This document shows positions 19,267 to 27,896 of a stretch of 64,000 bases of DNA, piece after piece; position 1 is the first letter of the stretch, and every line of letters begins with the position of its first letter. Where the stretch lies: assembly GCA_034530615.2 (NCBI GenBank), contig JAVRCV020000025.1, positions 1 through 64,000 of the forward strand, given 5' to 3'. The translations under genes were made by a program, and so were the position numbers. The notes below the pieces were generated by a model, which worked only from the letters and a program-made list of their open reading frames with translations, did not search any database and was not told the DNA's origin. This DNA comes from Aulosira sp. ZfuVER01 (lineage in GTDB: Bacteria; Cyanobacteriota; Cyanobacteriia; Cyanobacteriales; Nostocaceae).

Positions 19267-19512
19267 ATGAAAGCAATTAAAGTCATGGCCACCATTGATG
19301 AGCAGGGACAACTGACTTTAGATCGCCCCTTAACAATCGATAAAAACAGTCGCGTTGAAGTAACTGTCCTGATCCCAGAAACAGCAGAAATTGATGAATG
19401 CGAGCAATCGAAAGAAGTAATTCTAGAAGATTTTCGTCAAGCTTGGCATGAAGCAATGACCGGACAAACTATTCCTGTTGCTCAACTTTGGGAAGAACTG
19501 GAAGATGTCTGA
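19267..19512 (+). CDS. Type II antitoxin (cyanobacterial RelN-like)
   Basis: MKAIKVMATIDEQGQLTLD.PL...FRQAWHEAMTGQTIPV.QLWE pattern; overlaps the start of a RelE-like remnant. Confidence 0.75.
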   Translation: MKAIKVMATIDEQGQLTLDRPLTIDKNSRVEVTVLIPETAEIDECEQSKEVILEDFRQAWHEAMTGQTIPVAQLWEELEDV

Positions 19513-19635
19513 GCAATCTTTCATTCAAGTTGACGTTACTCCAAGTTTCACACGAAATCTACGCGCCCTCGCCAAGAAATATCGTCAGTAATCTAACAAC
19601 TTGAAAAGGGAGAGTTGCCTGGAGAAACTATTTCC
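19505..19635 (+). pseudogene. Truncated, frameshifted RelE/ParE-family toxin
   Basis: MSEQSFIQVDVTPSFTRNLRALAKKYRQ-stop (19589-91), then QLEKGELPGETI in another frame from 19597; the C-terminal half is missing. Confidence 0.7.
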
Positions 19636-20191
19636 CCAACCTTGGATACTGAGGACGACAGGGGCTACCCAGACAAACTTGCCCAGAGGGCATGGAACTA
19701 AAAACGCTACTACGAGCGCCAATTACAGCATTCGCGCCAATTTCCACTCCTGGCCCAACAAAACAATCCGCCGCTACCCATACTCCATTACCGATGGTGA
19801 TACTCGCTGTTTTCAACCCAAAAGCAGGATCGTGCATATCATGGCTACCAGTACAGAGATAAGATTTATGGGAAATTACGCAATGTTCCCCGATGTGAAT
19901 CTCATCCAAACTATATAAAACTACGTCATCACCAATCCAGCTATAGTCGCCAACGCTAACTTTCCAGGGGTAGGTGAAGCGAGCAGTTGGTCGAATAAAT
20001 ACGCCTTTGCCAATCCGCGCCCCAAATAGCCGCAGCAATTGACAACGCAGCTTATTTAACGGTTGGGGAGTCAGGGGAAAAGCGATCGCCTGCACAAACC
20101 ACCACAGCAAAATATACCAACTGGGACGCCCCCGCTCGAACCAGGATTGATCATACTTGCGTAAGTCTACAAAAGGTTGGTCATTGGTCAT
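19628..20191 (-). CDS. hpsU: WcaF-like hexapeptide-repeat acetyltransferase (probably hormogonium polysaccharide HpsU)
   Basis: LLRLFGARIG.GV.IRP, YPWKV.VGDYSWIGD, YLCTGSHD motifs; downstream of two GT2 genes. Confidence 0.7.
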   Translation of the reverse strand: MTNDQPFVDLRKYDQSWFERGRPSWYILLWWFVQAIAFPLTPQPLNKLRCQLLRLFGARIGKGVFIRPTARFTYPWKVSVGDYSWIGDDVVLYSLDEIHIGEHCVISHKSYLCTGSHDMHDPAFGLKTASITIGNGVWVAADCFVGPGVEIGANAVIGARSSVFSSMPSGQVCLGSPCRPQYPRLGK

Positions 20192-20237
20192 TTGTCATTT
20201 CCCTGCGCCTCCGCGTCCCCTTCCTCATCCTTCTCTA

Positions 20238-20339
20238 ATACCAATTTGAAAAAAGAATGCGACAGATACACAGCCCCAAACCATTGTCCTGTCTGGATTC
20301 TTTATTTTGAATTTTGAATTTTGAATTTTGAATTGGTAT
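20238..20339. mobile_element. 102-bp MITE (copy 1)
   Basis: ATACCAATT...AATTGGTAT inverted ends; near-identical copy at 60305-60406. Confidence 0.85.
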
Positions 20340-21276
20340 AAGTTGCAGTTTGCCCGATTTCTTGCGGTAAAGATGATGGTAAAAGCTGAGATTTTTCAGT
20401 ATTTAGCGTACCGCCACAGTCGCGTAATTCGTAGAGTTTGACCCCAATTTGATATTCATATTGACTTAATAAGCGTCCATAAATATATCCAGCTTTGCCA
20501 TCTAAAAAACCGCGCTGAATAATATAGAACAAAATAAACCTTAATAACGGTTTAAATGGCAGACGTACCCATACTGTCTTTAAAAAGCGCTTGCGTTGTA
20601 CGGCATCACCAAATAGATTTGCACCAATGGTTCCACCATCATCTTTATTGGTAAGCAGATTGTAATAAACACGAGCTTCCCAATTAGAATAACGGTTATG
20701 TCTTTCTAACCAGTGATAAAGGTCGCGGAAATCTTCATGGAGCATATCGTTTTTGAGATAACCGACTTTACCCGGCAAGATAACGTGTTCGTGAACTTCA
20801 TTATCTCCCGTGTTGGGAATATCTTCAGTATTTAGGTTTTCGTAGCGACCTTGTTTATGCTTAAATAACCGCAGATTCCAATCAGGATATTTCCCTCCGT
20901 GACGAATCCATTTACCTAAGAAAAATACACGGCGATTGAGATAATAACCTGCATATTCATCATTTTCAATTACTTGCGCAATTTCTGCCCATAGTTCGGG
21001 CGTAATCCTTTCATCGCAATCAACAATTAGCACCCATTCATTACGAAAAGGCAAGTTATCTAAAGACCAATTTTTCTTTTTTGGCCAGCTACCATTAAAT
21101 TTAAATTGGACGATATTGGCACCGAAACTTTCAGCAATGGCAATACTATTATCAGTACTTTGAGAATCAACTACAAAGACTTCATCAGCCATTTGCAGGC
21201 TAGTCAGGCAAGCGGGTAAATTTGCTTCTTCGTTTTTTGCGGGAATGAGTACAGAAACGGGGATTTTAGATGACAT
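20302..21276 (-). CDS. Glycosyltransferase family 2
   Basis: SVLIPAKNEE, VDSQSTD, VDCDE, VHEH, GFLDG.AG motifs. Confidence 0.9.
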   Translation of the reverse strand: MSSKIPVSVLIPAKNEEANLPACLTSLQMADEVFVVDSQSTDNSIAIAESFGANIVQFKFNGSWPKKKNWSLDNLPFRNEWVLIVDCDERITPELWAEIAQVIENDEYAGYYLNRRVFFLGKWIRHGGKYPDWNLRLFKHKQGRYENLNTEDIPNTGDNEVHEHVILPGKVGYLKNDMLHEDFRDLYHWLERHNRYSNWEARVYYNLLTNKDDGGTIGANLFGDAVQRKRFLKTVWVRLPFKPLLRFILFYIIQRGFLDGKAGYIYGRLLSQYEYQIGVKLYELRDCGGTLNTEKSQLLPSSLPQEIGQTATYTNSKFKIQNSK

Positions 21277-21291
21277 ATAAGATTTTATATA

Positions 21292-22263
21292 TTATTTTTT
21301 ATCTGATGTAGATAAGAGTCCTTGAATAGCGGCATTTAAATAACCAATCTGACCATAAGCATAAACAAGTTTGTCAAAGCGTTCTGCTGGGTCAGAGAAA
21401 TATTGCAATGCTTTATACAAGCCCCGCACAAATCGTTCGCCGCCTCGTTGCAACTGGCCGATACCAGCTTTACCCGCAAGTTGTTCTCGATAACATTCAC
21501 TGATACCTTGCCACCAGCCTCGGTTTAAAAACCAGGAACGTTTCAGCCGTTCTGGGGCAACATTGTGAGCTACTAGTGCTTGGGGAAGATAAGCGACTTG
21601 CCATCCCTTTTGCAGGGCAAATTCGGTCATTTGCAGTTCTTCATTGGATAGTAAGTTTTTGCCGACTCGACCGAGATGGGGATCGAAACCGCCAATCTCT
21701 TCTAAGAAAGAACGGCGTATGGAGTAATTTAAGCCTCTAGGGGTTAAACCTGGCTGCTCGATATAAATTGGGCTGTCGCCCAAATCATACTCACCCAAAT
21801 TGGCGGCTAATCCAGGGGATAGCCACCGTGGTTGTTGAACGCCTTGGGGCCATAAAAGTGTGACCTTACCGCCAGCGATCGCTAACTTAGAGTTATTTTT
21901 GTAAGCATCATCAAATACTTGCAACCAGCTGTTGCTGGCGACTGCATCATCATCTAGATAAGCGAGAATATCACCACTAGCGACTTTTGCACCAGTATTC
22001 CGCGCTACAGATAAACCAATAATGGGTTCAAAGACGTATTTTAGGCGTGGATTGCTGGCTCTTTGTTGAACAACTTCACTAGTGCGATCGCTCGATCCGT
22101 TGTCTACTACCACAACTTCAAAGTTAGCCGCAAAATCCTGTGCCAAAAGACTATCAATCGCTGCACCTAAATAGGTATCTCGATTGTGAGTACAGATAAT
22201 GGCAGAGATTTGGGTAGGGGGCATAGACGTTGATTGTGGCTTTTGTGAATTATCAGTTGTCAA
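21292..22263 (-). CDS. Glycosyltransferase family 2
   Basis: SAIICTHNR, VDNGSSD, GLSVARNTG, YLDDDA, LLSNEE motifs. Confidence 0.9.
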   Translation of the reverse strand: MTTDNSQKPQSTSMPPTQISAIICTHNRDTYLGAAIDSLLAQDFAANFEVVVVDNGSSDRTSEVVQQRASNPRLKYVFEPIIGLSVARNTGAKVASGDILAYLDDDAVASNSWLQVFDDAYKNNSKLAIAGGKVTLLWPQGVQQPRWLSPGLAANLGEYDLGDSPIYIEQPGLTPRGLNYSIRRSFLEEIGGFDPHLGRVGKNLLSNEELQMTEFALQKGWQVAYLPQALVAHNVAPERLKRSWFLNRGWWQGISECYREQLAGKAGIGQLQRGGERFVRGLYKALQYFSDPAERFDKLVYAYGQIGYLNAAIQGLLSTSDKK

Positions 22264-22394
22264 ATGTCAGTTGTCTGGATTAACCAATGACTACTGACTC
22301 ATGACAACATCAAATAATTACCTAATGCCTGCTAATCTATCCCAAAAATTACATACCCACCAACCGCGTTTTTTCGGAAATAATCTTGAGAACT

Positions 22395-23213
22395 TCAAGC
22401 TTGTTGAATGTGACTATGTAAAATCACCAGAGTTTCCGCTAATTGACTGAGGCGGGTTTCTAAGTGCTGCTTGCGTCCTAAAAGTTGGCGTAACTTTTGG
22501 TAACGCGCGATCGCCATACTCACCGCCGGCACCTGATCTGGTGGACAGGGACGTGTCCAAACTTTACCGGAAGCATCCAAACCGCAAAGGCGGTAGCCAG
22601 TACGGGCGGATTGATAGGAAACTTTCGCACCCGCCGCACAAATTTCTTCTACATAGTCCATGAGGCGATCGACTTCTGCATGGCGTAATGTGGCTTTTCC
22701 TCCCTGGTCTGTTTCCTTGGGATTGGATTCTAACCAACCATTGACTATCGGCCCTTCTAGATAAATATCTTGAATTTGCTTGAGGATTTTTTGTAGTTCT
22801 TTTTCCCAGCCAGCAACGTGTTCTTGAATCTCCTTTAATAGATTCGTTGCCAATCCCGGATTGGCCCCGTGGCGATGGTTACTAAAGCTAGGTGTTTTGA
22901 ATTTAGGTAAGCTAGGTGTTTTGCTACCGATTTCTTGTGTTGAAAAAGTCTGCACACCATTATGGTGGGCAAAGAGATTCTCCGCGTTAGAAAAGTTACC
23001 TTGGGGATCTGCACTTAAGTCGATTGTCGGTCCTTGTGCATTTAGCTCCTCCGGTGATGGAGTAGGATCGCTATCTGTAGATTCAGTTGTCCCAACGCTG
23101 ATTCTAAAAGAAAAAGGTCGCTTTGACGGATCGCTTGCTTCAGCATTGTCTGCGGTACCTTTAGCCCCTAAATCGTGTAGAGTTGCCTCAATGCGTTTCC
23201 AGCCTGCTTTCAT
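22395..23213 (-). CDS. Conserved cyanobacterial hypothetical protein (coiled coil)
   Basis: Long ORF; IYLEGPIVNGWLES, GYRLCGLD..G, SMAIARYQKLRQLL. Confidence 0.7.
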   Translation of the reverse strand: MKAGWKRIEATLHDLGAKGTADNAEASDPSKRPFSFRISVGTTESTDSDPTPSPEELNAQGPTIDLSADPQGNFSNAENLFAHHNGVQTFSTQEIGSKTPSLPKFKTPSFSNHRHGANPGLATNLLKEIQEHVAGWEKELQKILKQIQDIYLEGPIVNGWLESNPKETDQGGKATLRHAEVDRLMDYVEEICAAGAKVSYQSARTGYRLCGLDASGKVWTRPCPPDQVPAVSMAIARYQKLRQLLGRKQHLETRLSQLAETLVILHSHIQQA

Positions 23214-23425
23214 AAAAATATCCTGAAATTTGCTGTCCCCAGTAGTGTTAAATAATTCAGAATGGGGTTGTTGGGATTTTTGGCTTATGCCAATTATGCA
23301 TCAACGATGCTGGTGCTAATTTTATCTCTTAAGAGATATTTAAAACCAACAATCTCATCCCGCAAGGTAAAAATTTAGTTCAGACATTGTAACCCAATTC
23401 AATAAAAGATCGTAAGGAAAAGGCT

Positions 23426-23974
23426 TTGGGTAAAGTTATCTTAGTCACAGGACCAGCCAGATCTGGTAAAAGTGAATGGGCAGAAACTCTCGCGATGCGA
23501 TCGGGGAAAACGGTTGTTTACGTAGCAACATCTGCTGAAGATCCAGCTGATGAAGAGTGGCAAAAACGCATTCAACAACACCAACAACGCCGTCCTCAAG
23601 AGTGGCTAACTCTGTGTGTACCTATGGAACTGGCTGCTACTCTAGCCCAGGCCAAGCCAAACACCTGCCTTTTAGTTGATTCTTTAGGAACTTGGGTAGC
23701 TAATCTTCTAGAACAAGACGCGATTAGCTGGGAAAATACCATAACAGAATTGTTAGAAACTGTACAGCTAGTTGCGGCTGATATGTTATTTGTAGCTGAA
23801 GAAGTTGGTTGGGGTGTAGTGCCAGCTTATCCTTCTGGTCGACAGTTTCGCGATCGCCTGGGTTCTCTGGTACGCCAGTTAGCAACTATCTGCGACACTG
23901 TATATTTAGTCACTGGGGGGCATGTGTTGAATCTTAGCGTTCTTGGTTCACCTTTGCCACCGACTGGGGGATGA
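23426..23974 (+). CDS. cobU: Adenosylcobinamide kinase / adenosylcobinamide-phosphate guanylyltransferase
   Basis: GPARSGKS P-loop, RI..H..RRP, LVDSLG.W, EEVGWGVVP, FRDRLG. Confidence 0.92.
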   Translation: MGKVILVTGPARSGKSEWAETLAMRSGKTVVYVATSAEDPADEEWQKRIQQHQQRRPQEWLTLCVPMELAATLAQAKPNTCLLVDSLGTWVANLLEQDAISWENTITELLETVQLVAADMLFVAEEVGWGVVPAYPSGRQFRDRLGSLVRQLATICDTVYLVTGGHVLNLSVLGSPLPPTGG

Positions 23975-23975
23975 A

Positions 23976-24090
23976 GGAGCAAGGGAGTGTGGGGAGTGTG
24001 GGGAGACAAGGAGGACAAAGAGGACAAGGAAGCAGAGGAAGAAATGTCCAATGCCCAATGCCCCATGCCCAATGAATAATAACCAATGAC
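23976..24090. repeat. Mixed short tandem repeats (GGGGAGTGT, GGACAAGGA, CCCAATG)
   Basis: Directly visible 7-9 bp tandem units. Confidence 0.75.
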
Positions 24091-24167
24091 AGATGAGTAT
24101 ATGTTCTTAATGGTTTATTCAAGATTTAATGACCCAAACTTCCGAGCTTAAATCTAGAATTAAGAGT

Positions 24168-24596
24168 ATGGCAACAGAAAAAGACGTTAAAAGATATTTA
24201 GCTTACTGGTTTCAGTTGGGTAAGCAGGTAATTTCGGGCAATGGTAAGGCATATTTGTTGCCACAGCCAGTGCTAAAAGGCGATCGCTATAGTGAAGAAT
24301 TTGAAGAATGCTGGCAAGAAATTCGCTCTCAGGCGGCTGATTGTCACTTGGAAGGAACTGATGAAACAATTGCCGAACTTCTGACATCAGCATGGGATAT
24401 GCTACCTTGCAGTCGTTGCGATATGCCCATAGCAATGCGAAATGTCGGGATGCCGGCTTTATTTTGTCCCTGCAATACTTTACCTGGCTGGCCTAATACA
24501 GAACTACCTTCACCGCGTAACCCCATCAGTACCGAAGAACAACTGAAGTTAATTCGCGATCGCCTTTGGAAGAAGCTATCTTCATCAAACCACTAA
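24168..24596 (+). CDS. Conserved cyanobacterial hypothetical protein with Cys motifs
   Basis: VKRYLAYWFQLGK, LEGT.ETIAELL, CSRC.MP, CPC..LP.WPN.ELP.PR; start 24168 or 24129. Confidence 0.75.
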   Translation: MATEKDVKRYLAYWFQLGKQVISGNGKAYLLPQPVLKGDRYSEEFEECWQEIRSQAADCHLEGTDETIAELLTSAWDMLPCSRCDMPIAMRNVGMPALFCPCNTLPGWPNTELPSPRNPISTEEQLKLIRDRLWKKLSSSNH

Positions 24597-25105
24597 ACTT
24601 GCTTATTCAGTAAATACAACCCCATCTACTAGCATCAGCTTAGGGTAGAGTGGGGTATTTTATTGGTCTTCTCTTGAATTGAATGCGTCCGATTCTTGGT
24701 TAAAGGAGTAGAGGCAGGTTGGCAGATATCATCCAAAATAAAAACAAGGTTAATATCACTAACTCACTAGAATTAATACAGTTAAAAAACCGGATTCTGC
24801 TGAAATTCTCCGGTTAATAGAGGCAATAAATATGGTTTTACAAATGTTGAGTTAAGAGTAACATCCATCAAAATACTATGCTTTTTGCATTGTAAATTTA
24901 AACTCTTCCCCACTACTACCTATCCTTGTTGAAGCTTGGAAGAAAGGCTAGATCTGAATTTTGAATTTTTGCGACAATAGAAAAAAACAGATTTTAACTC
25001 ATACCACAAACAGCCATTTCGTACCAGCGCAATACTCCTGCAACAAAAGCGTCAAAAACGATATCTATATTAGTAGTACATCTAAAATATCCTTCCAGAT
25101 AACAA

Positions 25106-26368
25106 ATGCAAAACCAACCACGCGACGGAGAACATCTAACAAACGACAATTCATTGACCACCTTTGGCACAAAACACCATAATCATGCACCCTGGAAAAA
25201 GGCAGCTGCCTCTCTATCGCTGGTGCTGCTGGGATCTGGGATGACATTGGCAGGTGGTTATTTAGCGGGACAGCCTCAGAAGCTATCTCAGAGTGCATCG
25301 AATTTGGCAGTTAGTCCAGTAAATGCTGCCCCTCCATTACCAGCAGCTACAGATCCTAACTTTGTGACAGAGGTTGTGCAAAGGGTTGGGCCAGCTGTGG
25401 TGCGGATTGACTCTTCCCGCACAGTAAAAGCTCAGATACCAGATGAATTTAACGACCCATTTTTCCGCCGTTTCTTTGGTTCCCAACTACCACAAGGAAA
25501 CCAGGTACAACGGGGTACGGGTTCTGGCTTTATTATCGGTAACGATGGTCGAATTTTGACCAATGCCCACGTAGTTGATGGTGCTGATACGGTGACAGTC
25601 ATCCTCAAGGATGGACGCAGCTTTAAAGGCAAGGTTCTGGGGAAAGACGATTTAACAGATGTTGCTGTGGTGAAAATCCAGGCAAATAATTTACCAACAG
25701 TAACTTTAGGGAACTCAGACCAACTGCAACCAGGACAATGGGCGATCGCGATCGGCAACCCCCTCGGACTAGATAATACTGTAACAACCGGAATTATCAG
25801 CGCTACCGGACGGAGCAGTAATCAAATTGGTGCGCCTGATAAGCGAGTTGAATTTATTCAAACTGATGCAGCGATTAACCCTGGTAATTCTGGCGGGCCT
25901 CTACTTAATGCCCGTGGTGAAGTAATTGGCATGAACACTGCCATTATCCAAGGTGCGCAGGGATTGGGCTTTTCCATCCCCATCAACACAGCACAACGTA
26001 TTTCTAGTCAATTGGTAGCTACTGGTAAAGCACAGCACCCATATTTGGGAATTCAAATGGTGGGTTTAACACCTGAGTTAAAGCAAAACATCAACTCAGA
26101 TCCCAATAGTGGTTTGAGTGTTGAGGAAGATAAAGGTGTTTTAGTTGTGAAAGTAGTGCCGAATTCCCCAGCAGCTAAAGCCGGAATTCGTGCTGGTGAC
26201 GTTATCCAAAAACTCAACGGTCAACCAGTAACCGACGCTAGCAGTATCCAAAAAGCTGTAGATAATAGCCAAATTGGTGGCGATGTGCGCCTAGAGTTGC
26301 GGCGTAATGGGCAGAATATCAACTTAGCTGTGCAACCTGGTGCCTTCCCAACTCAACAATTGCAATAA
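25106..26368 (+). CDS. HhoA/HhoB/HtrA-family serine protease with PDZ domain
   Basis: [29 protein letters not shown]-terminal PDZ. Confidence 0.95.
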   Translation: MQNQPRDGEHLTNDNSLTTFGTKHHNHAPWKKAAASLSLVLLGSGMTLAGGYLAGQPQKLSQSASNLAVSPVNAAPPLPAATDPNFVTEVVQRVGPAVVRIDSSRTVKAQIPDEFNDPFFRRFFGSQLPQGNQVQRGTGSGFIIGNDGRILTNAHVVDGADTVTVILKDGRSFKGKVLGKDDLTDVAVVKIQANNLPTVTLGNSDQLQPGQWAIAIGNPLGLDNTVTTGIISATGRSSNQIGAPDKRVEFIQTDAAINPGNSGGPLLNARGEVIGMNTAIIQGAQGLGFSIPINTAQRISSQLVATGKAQHPYLGIQMVGLTPELKQNINSDPNSGLSVEEDKGVLVVKVVPNSPAAKAGIRAGDVIQKLNGQPVTDASSIQKAVDNSQIGGDVRLELRRNGQNINLAVQPGAFPTQQLQ

Positions 26369-26455
26369 CTGTGTAACTGTTATTAGCTAATAAGAGTCAT
26401 TTTTCAAGGATGGGCTTTTTCACCCATCCTAATTTTTATCTAAAACTCAAAATTG

Positions 26456-27442
26456 CTAGTTAACTACTAAAACCGCCGAGCCTGTAATTTTCCCACTCCG
26501 CAGCGCATCTAAAGCCTCATTCGCCTGAGTTAGGGTAAAGGTATTGATTTCTGTACGAATGGGAACTTTAGGCGCTAAGGCAAGAAAATCTTCACCATCT
26601 TTGCGAGTCAGATTGGCAACAGACCGCAACACTCTTTCTTCCCAGAGAATTTCATAAGGAAAAGCTGGAATATCACTCATGTGAATGCCAGCGCAAACTA
26701 CTGTACCGCCTTTAGCAACCGCACGCAAAGCAGCCGGCACCAATTTTCCGATGGGAGCAAAAATAATCGCTGCATCTAAAGGTTCTGGTGGTAATTCTTC
26801 TGAGCCACCAGCCCAAGTTGCACCCAACTGACGGGCAAATTCTTGACCTGCAATGTCACCAGCACGGGTAAAAGCAAATACTTGACGCTGTTGATAGCAA
26901 GCTAGTTGAATCAAAATGTGGGCAGCTGAACCAAAGCCATAAAAACCGATTTTTTCAGCATCACCAGTCATTCTATAGGCGCGGTAGCCAATTAAGCCAC
27001 CACACAGCAGGGGTGCAGCTTGCAAGTCAGGAAAGCTGGGGTCTAGAGGAAAGCAAAAGCGATAGTCAGCTACAGTGTACTCTGCATAACCACCGTCAAG
27101 ATTGTAACCTGTGAATTCAGCATAATCACATAGATTTTCACGACCAGAAAGGCAATAGCGGCAGCGATCGCAAGTGTGACCTAACCAAGGAACACCAACC
27201 CTCTGACCAATGGTAAATTGCTGAACGCGATCGCCAATCGCCTCTATAGTACCGATAATTTGGTGTCCAGGTATTAAAGGTAGCTTGGGATGGGTCAATT
27301 CTCCATCAACTATATGTAAATCTGTGCGACATACAGCACAAGCATGGATACGAATTAGCACTTGCTCTGAATTGGGTTGAGGTACTGGCAAGTTAGCTAA
27401 TCGCAAGGGTTGATGCGGTGCCTCTAATAGCATTGCACGCAT
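26456..27442 (-). CDS. Zinc-dependent alcohol dehydrogenase
   Basis: CRTDLH, PGHQIIG, CDRCRYC...C, GFYGFG motifs. Confidence 0.93.
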   Translation of the reverse strand: MRAMLLEAPHQPLRLANLPVPQPNSEQVLIRIHACAVCRTDLHIVDGELTHPKLPLIPGHQIIGTIEAIGDRVQQFTIGQRVGVPWLGHTCDRCRYCLSGRENLCDYAEFTGYNLDGGYAEYTVADYRFCFPLDPSFPDLQAAPLLCGGLIGYRAYRMTGDAEKIGFYGFGSAAHILIQLACYQQRQVFAFTRAGDIAGQEFARQLGATWAGGSEELPPEPLDAAIIFAPIGKLVPAALRAVAKGGTVVCAGIHMSDIPAFPYEILWEERVLRSVANLTRKDGEDFLALAPKVPIRTEINTFTLTQANEALDALRSGKITGSAVLVVN

Positions 27443-27591
27443 AATTAATCCAGGATGATTTGACTATATTTTTTGTATAAATAGTCTCTAATATTAATAC
27501 TTGAGCATAAGCGATCGCATTTCTACTACCTATCGCTGGATTTTCTAGAGAAGAAGGAAAATGCACCCTTAAACCCTTCTCATCCCTTCTC

Positions 27592-27777
27592 TTAAACAGC
27601 CGTAGCTTCTAGCAGGTGTTGTACCTCTGTTTGTATTTTTGGAGACCGTTCCACAGTAGATGCGATCGCATGAGACTTGATAGAACTATTATCTACTGGT
27701 GGATTATCGGTACAACAGCCATCTGTCCACAGTTCGCCTGGTTGATGCTGACATACTTTTTTGATTTGCTGTCCCAT
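27592..27777 (-). CDS. Possible small protein (~61 aa) downstream of the NACHT gene
   Basis: Short ORF preceded by a TTGCCG-N18-TATGAT promoter-like site inside a phased repeat array; no recognisable domain. Confidence 0.3.
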   Translation of the reverse strand: MGQQIKKVCQHQPGELWTDGCCTDNPPVDNSSIKSHAIASTVERSPKIQTEVQHLLEATAV

Positions 27778-27819
27778 AAACAGTAGCAATTTTTTCCAAA
27801 TGCTGTAGTCTACCTGTCG

Positions 27820-27869
27820 ATCATAGTACTAAATGGTAAAATCCGGCAACAAGCGGTAACGAGTGGTAA
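27820..27869 (-). promoter_or_regulatory. Four 10-bp-phased repeats (TTRCCR) with an embedded promoter-like site
   Basis: Plus strand TGGTAA 27834, CGGCAA 27844, CGGTAA 27854, TGGTAA 27864. Confidence 0.55.
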
Positions 27870-27896
27870 TAGTTCATGTTTTTTGACTATGGATTC

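Noticed and set aside
19601..19918. 105-aa plus-strand ORF as the toxin partner
   Set aside because: Antisense to the acetyltransferase; the RelE-like remnants lie in other positions and frames.
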